Shown here: positions 17,888 through 26,879 of the stretch, one piece after another
Numbering within the stretch: position 1 is the first letter of the stretch
Layout: each line of letters opens with the position of its first letter
Virus record (IMG/VR): IMGVR_UViG_3300027985_000710
Span: 1-32,303 of that record
DNA from: a virus
Taxonomy: Duplodnaviria; Caudoviricetes
Length of the DNA: 32,303 nt
Reading direction: 5' to 3' (one strand)
Position numbers and translations under genes: made by a program
The notes under the pieces: model-generated
What the model was told of the DNA's origin: nothing
Seen by the model: only the letters and a program-made list of their open reading frames with translations
Database searches by the model: none

Positions 17888-18449
17888 GCCGTGCACCGTG
17901 TGTCAGCACCCCAGCAGGGACAGGATCGACGCAGCCGTCATCCGCAATCGCCCTACACGGGAAATCGCCAAGCGGTTCGGCCTCAGTCGGTCCGCTATTG
18001 CGAGGCACGCAAACCACTTGGATCGTAGCGTTTCCATGGCTGTATCGAGCCAAACGGGACAAGTAGTGGGACAATCGAGCCAAACGGGACAACCCGAGGC
18101 CCGGACCCTCCCGGACCCCATCGAAATAGGGGCTCCCCTGCTGGAGCAGGTCCGCTACCTCCACGCGCGGACTCTCCACGTGCTGGAAAATGTGACGGAG
18201 CCAAAGACAGCCCTCCAGGCCGTTAAGGAGGCCCGTGCCAACCTCGAATTCCTCGCCAGGCTCACCGGCCAATGGGTCGACCGCCACCAGGTCACCGGCA
18301 CCGTCACTCACGAACTGGCCGATCTGGACGTCCCGGCCCTCAAGGCCAAGCTCAAGGAGCTGGAGGCGGACCTCAGCGCCATCGACACGGAGGGGGCCGA
18401 TGTACCCGATACCGGATCCCTACGGGATCGCGAGGGGGCGCCGTCATGA
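17874..18449 (+). CDS. HTH protein, probable terminase small subunit (start may be 17880)
   Basis: CTVCQHP plus HTH (TREIAKRFGLSRSAIARH), helical middle, C-terminal VDRHQVTGTVTHE strand; upstream of terL. Confidence 0.6.
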   Translation: MTMPRPCTVCQHPSRDRIDAAVIRNRPTREIAKRFGLSRSAIARHANHLDRSVSMAVSSQTGQVVGQSSQTGQPEARTLPDPIEIGAPLLEQVRYLHARTLHVLENVTEPKTALQAVKEARANLEFLARLTGQWVDRHQVTGTVTHELADLDVPALKAKLKELEADLSAIDTEGADVPDTGSLRDREGAPS

Positions 18450-18853
18450 CCTCCCCGGTCGTAATCCGCAAGGCTACAGAGGCGGACCTCCCTCTCATCT
18501 ACAGCTCATGGATTCGCAGCTATCGCACCGGGAAGGCTAGGAAGGGACTCCCCGGCCGGGGTGGAGTCAGGTACGCGGAGAGTCAGCACCAGATCGTCAC
18601 CCGGCTCCTGTCCCGATCTGATGTCCGGGTGGCTTGCTACGCAAAAAACCCACAGCTCATCCTGGGGTGGGTCTGTCTGGAGCCAGAAACCAGCACGGTG
18701 CACTACGTCTACGTTAAGAGCGCCTACAGGGGCCTCGGGGTCGTGCGGGACCTCTTGGGCACCCTATTGTGGCAGCCCTGCCGCTACTCCCACAAGACCC
18801 GAAAAGTCCGGGCAATGGAGGGGTGGGTTTATCACCCCGAGGACAAGGAATGA
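18446..18853 (+). CDS. GNAT-family acetyltransferase (135 aa)
   Basis: IRKATEADL start, VHYVYVKSAYRGLGV acetyl-CoA motif A, ATGA overlaps at both ends. Confidence 0.85.
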   Translation: MTSPVVIRKATEADLPLIYSSWIRSYRTGKARKGLPGRGGVRYAESQHQIVTRLLSRSDVRVACYAKNPQLILGWVCLEPETSTVHYVYVKSAYRGLGVVRDLLGTLLWQPCRYSHKTRKVRAMEGWVYHPEDKE

Positions 18854-19416
18854 TTGACAACTCCTTAACCGAATTGAACAGGGCCAAGCTGGCCGCCTAT
18901 CTGAGAGTCCTGGAGACGGGCCGCGCAGCCCTGGAGGGGTCACCCGATCCTGATGTGATCTCCGAGATGATGCACCGTCTGATGATGGTCGACGCGGTAG
19001 CGCGGGCATGGGTCGATCGGCTCCCGGATGAGGTGGAGGCCCGGGGTCTCTACAGGGATCTAGAGGCTCTCGTGCCACCCCCACCCCCAACCGTGGAGGA
19101 TCTCATCGATTCCCTCCCACCACTAAAAAATAACGCGACCGATTACCTCGTGGAGAGCCTGGATCGCCTGCATGTAGGCCAGCTCTCCAGTGAGTGCATA
19201 CCCGCATCAGTGAGCTTTCACGCCGTCTTGGCCTTTTATGACGCTGCGCAGCGTTTTCGTGAGGTCCTACAGGACGCCGTGGACAACGAGTCTACGAGGC
19301 TCGGCACCCCCCTCGGGGTCAAGCGTGACCCAATAGATGGGCACTACCTCCGGCGCGGCAACAACACAGATGATTTCGAGTTGCGTTTGGGAAGGCCCAA
19401 GGAACCCAAAGAATGA
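18850..19416 (+). CDS. Hypothetical protein (188 aa)
   Basis: ATGA-coupled on both sides. Confidence 0.7.
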   Translation: MIDNSLTELNRAKLAAYLRVLETGRAALEGSPDPDVISEMMHRLMMVDAVARAWVDRLPDEVEARGLYRDLEALVPPPPPTVEDLIDSLPPLKNNATDYLVESLDRLHVGQLSSECIPASVSFHAVLAFYDAAQRFREVLQDAVDNESTRLGTPLGVKRDPIDGHYLRRGNNTDDFELRLGRPKEPKE

Positions 19417-19667
19417 AACTCACGTCCGTTGAATTCCGCGAAAGCATCCGCCTCCCCCAGGTCCCCGGGGGCCGGGTCATCACGGGCCTGGTGGCCCGCA
19501 TCGATGCCGGGGCTGAGTGGCTGCTGGATTACGATACCACGACCGGCTACGTGTTTGTGGCCCCGGTGGTGGCCCCGGACACGGTGGAGGCATTCTCGCC
19601 GTCCATCGTGAGGCGCGTTCGTTTCGCGCCCCCAGAGTCCGAGAAGAAGGCCACGAAGGGGAAGTAG
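19413..19667 (+). CDS. Hypothetical protein (84 aa)
   Basis: ATGA-coupled, fills the operon. Confidence 0.7.
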   Translation: MKLTSVEFRESIRLPQVPGGRVITGLVARIDAGAEWLLDYDTTTGYVFVAPVVAPDTVEAFSPSIVRRVRFAPPESEKKATKGK

Positions 19668-19871
19668 ATGAACCAACTCAGCATTGAAGAGGCTCATATC
19701 ATCCTCCTCGGACTTAACGGATCCGAGGAAATACAAGCGTACACTGTCATCGTGGACTCGATCATCTCTCTACTGAGGGGGGACAGTACCGTCCGAGCAG
19801 AGTGGATAAAACAAGTAGAACCTGTGATAGCCTACCGGCGTGAGGTGGCCGCCCGGCGTGAGGTGAAGTAG
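19668..19871 (+). CDS. Hypothetical protein (67 aa)
   Basis: Zero-gap TAG-ATG junctions on both sides. Confidence 0.65.
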   Translation: MNQLSIEEAHIILLGLNGSEEIQAYTVIVDSIISLLRGDSTVRAEWIKQVEPVIAYRREVAARREVK

Positions 19872-20336
19872 ATGCCCCCGAGGGTTCCACCGGATATGGC
19901 CCGTCTGGAGGCCGCTCACTCTCTGGGTGTCATCAGCACCCCGGAGCTGCTCCAGCTGGCCGGTATCCCGGATGTGCCCGTGGACCAGCCCCCCAGGATG
20001 AGGCAACGGCTCACCCCTCACAGCCCCCAGACGGCCTCACCGGCCACGTGCTGGGCTCGCCTGGGCTCGGATGCATTCGGGGACGGGGACACGGCTACAG
20101 CCCCCCTCACGGAGCCGGAACACACCGTCCAATGGGCAGTCCAGCAGATGCGGCGTGGGTGCAAGATGACACGGGAGGCATGGCCCAGGGGGTCAATGCT
20201 GTGGATTCAGGGGTCCTATTCCGGCCTGGAGGAGCGCCTACGCTTCCAGGGGCCGGGGACCCCTACATGTGATGCTGAGTTGGTGGTGTTCACAGTGGAT
20301 GATATCGAGGCAACGGACTGGACGGTGGTGACCTAG
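19872..20336 (+). CDS. Protein with C-terminal DUF2829/Tad2-like domain
   Basis: WAVQQMRRGCKMTREAW...DDIEATDWTVV resembles the family signature A-x-x-x-L-K-x-G-K-K-V-x-R-x-x-W...D-x-x-A-x-D-W-x-V-V. Confidence 0.6.
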   Translation: MPPRVPPDMARLEAAHSLGVISTPELLQLAGIPDVPVDQPPRMRQRLTPHSPQTASPATCWARLGSDAFGDGDTATAPLTEPEHTVQWAVQQMRRGCKMTREAWPRGSMLWIQGSYSGLEERLRFQGPGTPTCDAELVVFTVDDIEATDWTVVT

Positions 20337-21782
20337 ATGCCGGCCACCCGAGAGCAGATCCAACAGGGGATCAAGGCCGTAGAGGCTGAGATTGCCCGTC
20401 GGACTCTGCCCTCTAGGGTCCTAGCGTCGACATTTGGCCCCCAGCGTGCCTTCGTGGAGGACTCTGCCCGGCTCAAGGCTGCTGTGTGCGGCAGACGCGC
20501 CGGGAAAACCTACGGGGTAGCGGCATGGCTCGTGCTGGGGGCTCTCCTGTACCCCCAGACCCACCAGCTCTACATCCACCTCAACCGCATGGAGGCTAAA
20601 CGGACGATTTGGCGGACCCTGGTGGAGATGGACAAGGACTTCGGGATTGGCGGAGTCTTCAAAGAAGCGGACCTAGAATACCACACCCCGAACGGGTCCT
20701 TAATTCAGGTCACTGGCTGCCCCGACGCAACCCACGTCCACAACTATCGAGGTAAAGCCTACAAGAGGGTGGCGATCGATGAGGCCGCATCCTTCCCGGC
20801 CTATCTCACGCACTTGATCGATGGGGTCTTGATGCAAACCCTCTGGGACCATCAGGGGGACATGGCCCTGATTGGGACCCCCGGCTACACCCCCGTTGGC
20901 TACTTCTGGGGGGTCGCCACAGGGAAACAAAAGGGCTGGTCATCGAGCCACCATTGGACAGCCGAACAAAACACCGCAAACCCTCAGATTGCCATCGAAA
21001 TGGAGGCCGAACGTGTCCGGCTAGGACGATCGAAGGACCACCCCACCTACCAGAGGGAGTCCCTGGGGCTATGGGTCGCAGATACAGGGATGCTGGTTTA
21101 CCACGCGTTTAGCCCTGAGAGATCCACAGTGGATCGTCTGCCGGACCTCGGACCCTGGCACTACGTCCTGGGCATCGACATCGGCGCGAGTGAAAAAGTC
21201 CCCAGCACCGTCTACGCACTGCTCGCCTACTCGGACAGATGCCGGACCGCCTTTGTGGTGGAGACAGTGGGGGAGGCCGGTGCCACCCCCAGCTCTATCG
21301 CGGAACGTGTGGGTGCATATGACCAGCTCTATCGCCTGGAGGCCATCGTCATGGACGATGGGGGGCTAGGTGGCGGCTACATCAAGGAGATTCGCCAACG
21401 GCATCGGATTCCAGTAGAAGCCGCCGAAAAGAGCAACAAGAGGGGATTCATCGAACTCCTCAATGGAGACCTCCAGGGTGATGGGCTCCGCCTCGTAAAC
21501 TCCGGCACCACCATGCTCCAGTCTGAGATGGCCGTCCTCCCATGGGCCGATGATACCAAGAAGGATGAAAAGGCCGGCGTCCCAAACCACCACTGTGACG
21601 CTGCATTGTACGGGTGGAGGCGATGCCGCCAATACCACGCCGTTCCGGATGGCCCCCCACCCCCGGCGCCGGGGACGGCGGAGTGGATGGCAGATGAAGA
21701 ACGCCGGATGAGTGAGGCGATTGACCAGGAATACAGACGCAACAAAAACCAACCGTGGTGGCACCGGAGACCAGGACGTTGA
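20337..21782 (+). CDS. terL: Terminase large subunit (481 aa)
   Basis: GRRAGKT Walker A, VAIDEA Walker B, IGTP coupling motif, LGIDIG nuclease Asp, HHCDAALY. Confidence 0.95.
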   Translation: MPATREQIQQGIKAVEAEIARRTLPSRVLASTFGPQRAFVEDSARLKAAVCGRRAGKTYGVAAWLVLGALLYPQTHQLYIHLNRMEAKRTIWRTLVEMDKDFGIGGVFKEADLEYHTPNGSLIQVTGCPDATHVHNYRGKAYKRVAIDEAASFPAYLTHLIDGVLMQTLWDHQGDMALIGTPGYTPVGYFWGVATGKQKGWSSSHHWTAEQNTANPQIAIEMEAERVRLGRSKDHPTYQRESLGLWVADTGMLVYHAFSPERSTVDRLPDLGPWHYVLGIDIGASEKVPSTVYALLAYSDRCRTAFVVETVGEAGATPSSIAERVGAYDQLYRLEAIVMDDGGLGGGYIKEIRQRHRIPVEAAEKSNKRGFIELLNGDLQGDGLRLVNSGTTMLQSEMAVLPWADDTKKDEKAGVPNHHCDAALYGWRRCRQYHAVPDGPPPPAPGTAEWMADEERRMSEAIDQEYRRNKNQPWWHRRPGR

Positions 21783-21789
21783 TTTATTT

Positions 21790-21805
21790 GGATAGCACGC
21801 TATCC
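21790..21805. promoter_or_regulatory. Palindrome upstream of the head genes
   Basis: GGATAGC-AC-GCTATCC immediately before the AGGAGG RBS of 21818. Confidence 0.4.
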
Positions 21806-21817
21806 TAGGAGGGATAC

Positions 21818-22105
21818 ATGCCAGATGATACTGACCAGACCATCTCACGGCTTCAAGCTGTAGCCGATTGGATGCGAGAAAACGGGGTCCTTGGCCTCCG
21901 TCTCTACGACGGAACCGAGCTACGCCTGGACCCCCAGTGGCGTCCGCATGCGGACACCATCCCGGCACCAGCCGATCCTGAACTCACCCCTGACCAGAAA
22001 ATGAAGGAGCTAGTGGAGCTACGAGCCTCCACGGAGCGACGGCCCTTCCGCCACGTCCGGTTGACCCGGACGCCGGAGAGCCGTCATGCCCCGAAGCACG
22101 AGTAA
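21818..22105 (+). CDS. Hypothetical protein (95 aa)
   Basis: AGGAGG RBS; between terL and portal. Confidence 0.75.
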   Translation: MPDDTDQTISRLQAVADWMRENGVLGLRLYDGTELRLDPQWRPHADTIPAPADPELTPDQKMKELVELRASTERRPFRHVRLTRTPESRHAPKHE

Positions 22106-23945
22106 CATTGCCCTCTGGTGGACCGAGCCTAGGGACTCAGTCCACGATGCCATTCACGAGACGGTCAATGCGATCCGGACCCACCAGGGCCAGCGGATCG
22201 ATGACCTGCATTTCCTGTGGCAATTGTACGGGGCCAAGCCGGAAAACCTCTACGGAGTCACCCACCTAGCCCTTGAGGGGGATGGGGACGGGGCACCACC
22301 CCTGCCCATCAATGTCGTGAGCCAGGTGGTGGATGGGTTCGTTGCCAAGATCGCCAAGGCGCGTCCCCGAGTCCTCCATGTCCCAGTCAATGGCGACTAC
22401 GCCGCAAGGACCAAGGCGGAGGAAAGAACCAACTTCGTAGACGGGTGCTGGTACGAGACACGTTTCCGCCAGGATGCCCGTCTTGTGGCCCTGGAGGCCG
22501 CCGTCACAGGGACCGGCATCCTCAAGGCGTATGCCCAGGATGGGGAGATCCAGCACGAGGTTGTCCCCCCTGAGGAGCTATGGGTTGACCACCTGGATGC
22601 CCGCTACGGCGCTCCCCGGAGCCTGTACCAGAGGCGTTACGTGGACCGGGCAATCCTCTCCGCGCTCTACCCATCCAAGAGGGGCCAGATCGCGGAAGCC
22701 GGGGATGGTCGGGACCAGGATGACCACTTCTACGGCTATGCGTCGCAGTCCGATCAAGTCCTGGTGACCGAGGCTTGGCACCTTCCCAGCGCCAAGGGGG
22801 CAAAGGACGGCCGGCACGTCCTGGCCGTGGACACGTGTACACTGATTGATGAGCCGTGGACCTGGGACCGGTTCCCCTTTGCCGTTCTGAGGTTCAGTCC
22901 GGCCCGTGGTGGGTTCTGGGCATCGGGCCTCGTGGATGACCTCTACGGGATCCAGTCGGCCATCAGTGACCTCACGGAACAGATCCTGGTGGGCCTGAGG
23001 GAGGCCAAGGCGCGAATCCTCATCGAGCGGGGCAGCAAGGTCAATCCGACCGATTTCACCGATGACCTAGGTGCGGACATCATCGAATACACGGGCCGTC
23101 CTCCCGTCGTGGTGGTGCCTCAGGCCGTCCCCCAAGAGGTCTACAACATGGTGTGGGAGCTGGTCTCCCGTGCCTTCCAGCAAGTGGGTTTGTCCGAGAT
23201 GACGGCCCAGGCATTGAAACCGGCCGGACTGGACTCCGGCGTGGCGCTACGCACCTACTCCGACATTGAGACCTCACGGCACGTCCTGGCCGGCTACGCA
23301 TACGAGGAATGGCACCTAGACGTAGCGGACCTGGACCTCCGGGTGGCTGCCGAGCTGGCCCAAAAAGGGGAATACAGCGTCCTCTACGTGGGCCGGAAGT
23401 ACGGACGACACACGGCCATCCGCATCAAGTTCTGGGAGCCCTCGGAGGGTGAGGAATACGTCCTCCGAGCATATCCCACCAGCCTCCTCCCCGAGACCCC
23501 GGCCGGTAAGCTGGCAATGATCGGTGAGCTGGAGGGCCGTGGATATCTCACCCCCGACGAGTCAATGGACCTGCTGGACCTTCCGGATCTGGACAGAAGC
23601 CTGGATCGTCGGACGGCCGGCCTCAGAACGGTCCTGTACTTCTTGGACTTGATCGTCACCGAAGGCACCTACACGCCTCCGGAGCCGTTCCTTCCGCTCC
23701 AGCTGGCTCTCCAGCTGGGCAGGGACACCTACCTCATGGGCATCCAGGACGGGATACCTGAGGACCGTCTCCAGCTCCTCCGTGACTGGATGGATGACTG
23801 CACTCGATTGCTGACTCCGCCCGAACCCCCACCAGGACAGGTCCCTCCCGAGGCGATGCCCCCGGAAGGACTCCCACCCGAGGCCATGCCCCCCGAGGCA
23901 ATGCCCCCAGCACAACCCCCTACGCAGGTGATTCCCAATGGCTGA
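22086..23945 (+). CDS. Portal protein (619 aa)
   Basis: Position after terL, size, P22-like portal motifs (INVVSQVVD, AVTGTGILK, DSGVAL), Pro-rich tail. Confidence 0.88.
   Translation: MPRSTSNIALWWTEPRDSVHDAIHETVNAIRTHQGQRIDDLHFLWQLYGAKPENLYGVTHLALEGDGDGAPPLPINVVSQVVDGFVAKIAKARPRVLHVPVNGDYAARTKAEERTNFVDGCWYETRFRQDARLVALEAAVTGTGILKAYAQDGEIQHEVVPPEELWVDHLDARYGAPRSLYQRRYVDRAILSALYPSKRGQIAEAGDGRDQDDHFYGYASQSDQVLVTEAWHLPSAKGAKDGRHVLAVDTCTLIDEPWTWDRFPFAVLRFSPARGGFWASGLVDDLYGIQSAISDLTEQILVGLREAKARILIERGSKVNPTDFTDDLGADIIEYTGRPPVVVVPQAVPQEVYNMVWELVSRAFQQVGLSEMTAQALKPAGLDSGVALRTYSDIETSRHVLAGYAYEEWHLDVADLDLRVAAELAQKGEYSVLYVGRKYGRHTAIRIKFWEPSEGEEYVLRAYPTSLLPETPAGKLAMIGELEGRGYLTPDESMDLLDLPDLDRSLDRRTAGLRTVLYFLDLIVTEGTYTPPEPFLPLQLALQLGRDTYLMGIQDGIPEDRLQLLRDWMDDCTRLLTPPEPPPGQVPPEAMPPEGLPPEAMPPEAMPPAQPPTQVIPNG
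23845..23908 (+). repeat. 15-bp tandem coding repeat (PPEAM-type) in portal C-terminus
   Basis: PPEAMPPEGLPPEAMPPEAMPP. Confidence 0.8.
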
Positions 23946-24918
23946 CACAGAAGTACAGACCCCCGACACCACCCCGGCCACCGATGCAATCCCGGCCGAT
24001 GCACGTGAGCAAGTCTTCTCCATGCTCGATGACCTTCCCGATGCAGAGGGCACGGAAGAGGACACAGACGCCGGGGAGGAGCAGACCGGGGACGAGACCT
24101 CCCAGGGCTCCGAAGAAGACCAAGAAGGGGCGGAGGAGTCCGAGGAACAGGCCAACCAAGAGGACCCCCGAGCAAAGCGCCATAGCCGGATGATCGCCGA
24201 AATGGCGGAGAGGGAGAGCGCCGTCCTGGAGGGGGAGGCCCGTATTCGCTCCCAGCAAGCGGCACTCCAGAAGGAAGCCCAAGAGGTCATCCAGTGGAAG
24301 GGCATCATCGCCAAGGCCAAGTCTGATCCCATGGGGTTCCTCCATGAGGCGGGAATCGACATCAACACCCTGACCCGCCAAATCCTCAACAGTGATGGAG
24401 CCCAGCAGCGTCTGGACCTCCCGTCCCCCGAGGTCCAAGCCCTACAGGCCAAGATTGCAAAGTTGGAGGCGGCCCAAGAGGAGCAGACCTCCAACTTCCG
24501 GCAACGGCAAATGGAGTCCGCCGTCCGGGCGGAGAAGGAGCGCCTCCAGGGCTTCGTGACTGAAAACGCCGGATCTTATCCTCTGCTATCGTCCCTCGAT
24601 ACGGAGGAGGTCCAGTCCGGAATGTTCGAAATTATGCGGAGCCACTGGCAAAAGACGCACACGCAACTTGACCCCAGCCGGGCAGCGCGTATAATCGAGG
24701 ATAGGCTATCAGCCTACTATCAGAGGCTCGCGACGGCGGCATCAAAGCACACCGGAGCCTCTCAGAGCACTCAAGCCGCCCCTACTCCCTCAAGCGACCG
24801 GGACAACAGGACCCTGACTAAGAGTCATGGATCCAGGACGGCTCAGGACCCCCTTCTGATGTCCGATGACGAACGGCGTCAATGGGCTCTTGAGCAGCTC
24901 GATAGACTACCGGACTGA
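23938..24918 (+). CDS. Capsid scaffolding protein (326 aa)
   Basis: Acidic disordered N-terminus, coiled coils, short C-terminal helix; between portal and capsid. Confidence 0.8.
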   Translation: MADTEVQTPDTTPATDAIPADAREQVFSMLDDLPDAEGTEEDTDAGEEQTGDETSQGSEEDQEGAEESEEQANQEDPRAKRHSRMIAEMAERESAVLEGEARIRSQQAALQKEAQEVIQWKGIIAKAKSDPMGFLHEAGIDINTLTRQILNSDGAQQRLDLPSPEVQALQAKIAKLEAAQEEQTSNFRQRQMESAVRAEKERLQGFVTENAGSYPLLSSLDTEEVQSGMFEIMRSHWQKTHTQLDPSRAARIIEDRLSAYYQRLATAASKHTGASQSTQAAPTPSSDRDNRTLTKSHGSRTAQDPLLMSDDERRQWALEQLDRLPD

Positions 24919-24974
24919 CAACCCACTAGCTTGGACGCTAGTTCCCAGATCCGGGGTCAGAGAGGCAGACCCCA

Positions 24975-26189
24975 ATGGTCGCTACCGTAACCACGCATGA
25001 CGCGATCCTGAAGACCCTCGTTCCGGACATCAAGCTCATCCGGATGATCGAGGAAGACGAACCGTTCTACGGATTGTGCAAGAAGCGCACGGACTTCGAC
25101 GGCAAGAAGAAGCAAGTCCCGGTCCGCTCGAACAACAACCAAGCCATTTCACCGAGCTTCTCGGTTGCCCAGGCCATCACGGCCGGCGCGACGAACATCG
25201 AATTCGACATCACCCGCACGGAGTGCTTCGGATTCGCGACCCTCGCCAACGAGCTGATCGAAGCGTCCAAGTCGAAGAAGGGCGCTTTTGTCGACGCCGT
25301 CGAAGACGAGGTCAAGAGCACGATGGAGACCCTCATGGGGTATCTCGGTGTCCTGCTCTACGGCAACGGCGGAGGGGCCATCGGGCAAATCTCCGACGTC
25401 ACCACGACTCGAATCACCCTCACGGACCCCCGGGACTCGGTCAATTTCCACAAGGGCATGGTCCTCCAGTCGTCCCTCACGGACGGCACCAGCGGCGCGG
25501 TGAAGGCCGGCTCACACACGGTCTCAGCCGTGGATGAGGAGAACGGCTACATTGACGCTGCCACCAACTGGTCCACCGGCATCGCCACGATCGCCAACTC
25601 GGACTACCTGTTCCGGTCCGGCGGGTTCGGGTCCGTCATTGCAGGGCTCGGGGCCTGGTGCCCTTCCACAGCCCCCACCACCGGTGACAGCTACTTCGGC
25701 GCAGACCGCTCCGTCAACGCCACCCGGCTTGCAGGTACCCGCTACACCAGCACGGCCACCACGACCGAGGACGCCATCCAGGACGCCCTGGGGTATGCCT
25801 CCCAGCATCGCGTTGGCAAGCTGACCCACGGCTTTCTGAACGCCCAACGCTGGCACGAACTGGCGAAGGAAATGGGATCCCGTGTGGTCCGGGACGACAG
25901 CGTCAAGTCCAGAGCGACCGGATTCGGCTACGAGTCACTCGCCGTCATCGGCCCCAAGGGGGTCACGCGACTCCTGCCCTCCATCTACTGCCCCTACAAC
26001 ACGGCATTCTTCACTTGCCCGGAAAACTGGTACCTCGATGGCCTGGGGCCGATGCCTCAGATGTTCAAGTACGACGGGAAGTACATGCATCTGGTGCCTA
26101 CGGCTGACCAGCGCCAGATTCGTTTCGGCTGGAAGGGCAACCTCTGGACGCCGTACCCCCACAACCTCGTCCGGTTGACCTTCAGCTGA
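24975..26189 (+). CDS. Major capsid protein (404 aa)
   Basis: Position, size, strong C/G third-position bias, HK97-like layout (LYGNGGG after the spine helix). Confidence 0.88.
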   Translation: MVATVTTHDAILKTLVPDIKLIRMIEEDEPFYGLCKKRTDFDGKKKQVPVRSNNNQAISPSFSVAQAITAGATNIEFDITRTECFGFATLANELIEASKSKKGAFVDAVEDEVKSTMETLMGYLGVLLYGNGGGAIGQISDVTTTRITLTDPRDSVNFHKGMVLQSSLTDGTSGAVKAGSHTVSAVDEENGYIDAATNWSTGIATIANSDYLFRSGGFGSVIAGLGAWCPSTAPTTGDSYFGADRSVNATRLAGTRYTSTATTTEDAIQDALGYASQHRVGKLTHGFLNAQRWHELAKEMGSRVVRDDSVKSRATGFGYESLAVIGPKGVTRLLPSIYCPYNTAFFTCPENWYLDGLGPMPQMFKYDGKYMHLVPTADQRQIRFGWKGNLWTPYPHNLVRLTFS

Positions 26190-26202
26190 TTTGGCTGGGC
26201 CT

Positions 26203-26229
26203 AGCCCTGGCCCGTAAGGGGCCGGGGCT
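26203..26229 (+). terminator. GC-rich hairpin after the capsid gene (attenuator or mRNA stabiliser)
   Basis: AGCCCTGGCCC-GTAAG-GGGCCGGGGCT; no real U-tract. Confidence 0.45.
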
Positions 26230-26259
26230 TGCCCTCAACCCTCTACTGAGGAGAGCGCT

Positions 26260-26640
26260 ATGCAAGCAAGAGTACCAGCCAACACAATCGGCTATGAGGT
26301 CTTCACGATCGCGGGGTACTTCACTACGGACGGGTCCGGTGATGAGACCCTCGGGGAGTCGACGGGCGGAGCCTTTGCCGCTGTGACCAAGACCGCCACA
26401 GGAGTCTACAAGGTCACATTGAAGGATCGGTGGAAGCAACTCTACTCCGCCGTCCCGTCCTTCAAGGCCGGCACTCCGGCCACCTGTGAGGTCCACATTG
26501 CGGCCCATGACGTGGACCACGCCACGGCCCCCTACGTCACGGTCAATGTGTTCGATCACGCGGACACGGTGGACGCCCTCACGGACCTGGTCAACGGCGA
26601 AATCTACCTCACCCTCGTGGTGGGACGGAGGGCCGCCTGA
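26260..26640 (+). CDS. Virion protein, possible head decoration (126 aa)
   Basis: GAGGAG RBS, beta-rich, follows capsid. Confidence 0.65.
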   Translation: MQARVPANTIGYEVFTIAGYFTTDGSGDETLGESTGGAFAAVTKTATGVYKVTLKDRWKQLYSAVPSFKAGTPATCEVHIAAHDVDHATAPYVTVNVFDHADTVDALTDLVNGEIYLTLVVGRRAA

Positions 26641-26876
26641 TGGGTAAGGGACTACTCACCATGATCGGCCTCGGTGGCCCCCCTGAGGACGCCGAAGAAG
26701 AGGCGACCGAGGCGACCGATTCCCTCAAGGACCGGAAGGTCACAGCAGCGGAGGAGGCCCTCCAGGCCCTCAAGGATGAGGACGCCGAAGGGTTCGCCGA
26801 TGCCGTCACGGCCATCGTCCGGACTTGCCGCTTGGAACGAATGAAGGGCCGCAAGTCCGAGCCTGAGGAGGAATAG
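26640..26876 (+). CDS. Small acidic helical protein (78 aa)
   Basis: TGATG overlap with the previous gene. Confidence 0.7.
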   Translation: MGKGLLTMIGLGGPPEDAEEEATEATDSLKDRKVTAAEEALQALKDEDAEGFADAVTAIVRTCRLERMKGRKSEPEEE

Positions 26877-26879
26877 CCA

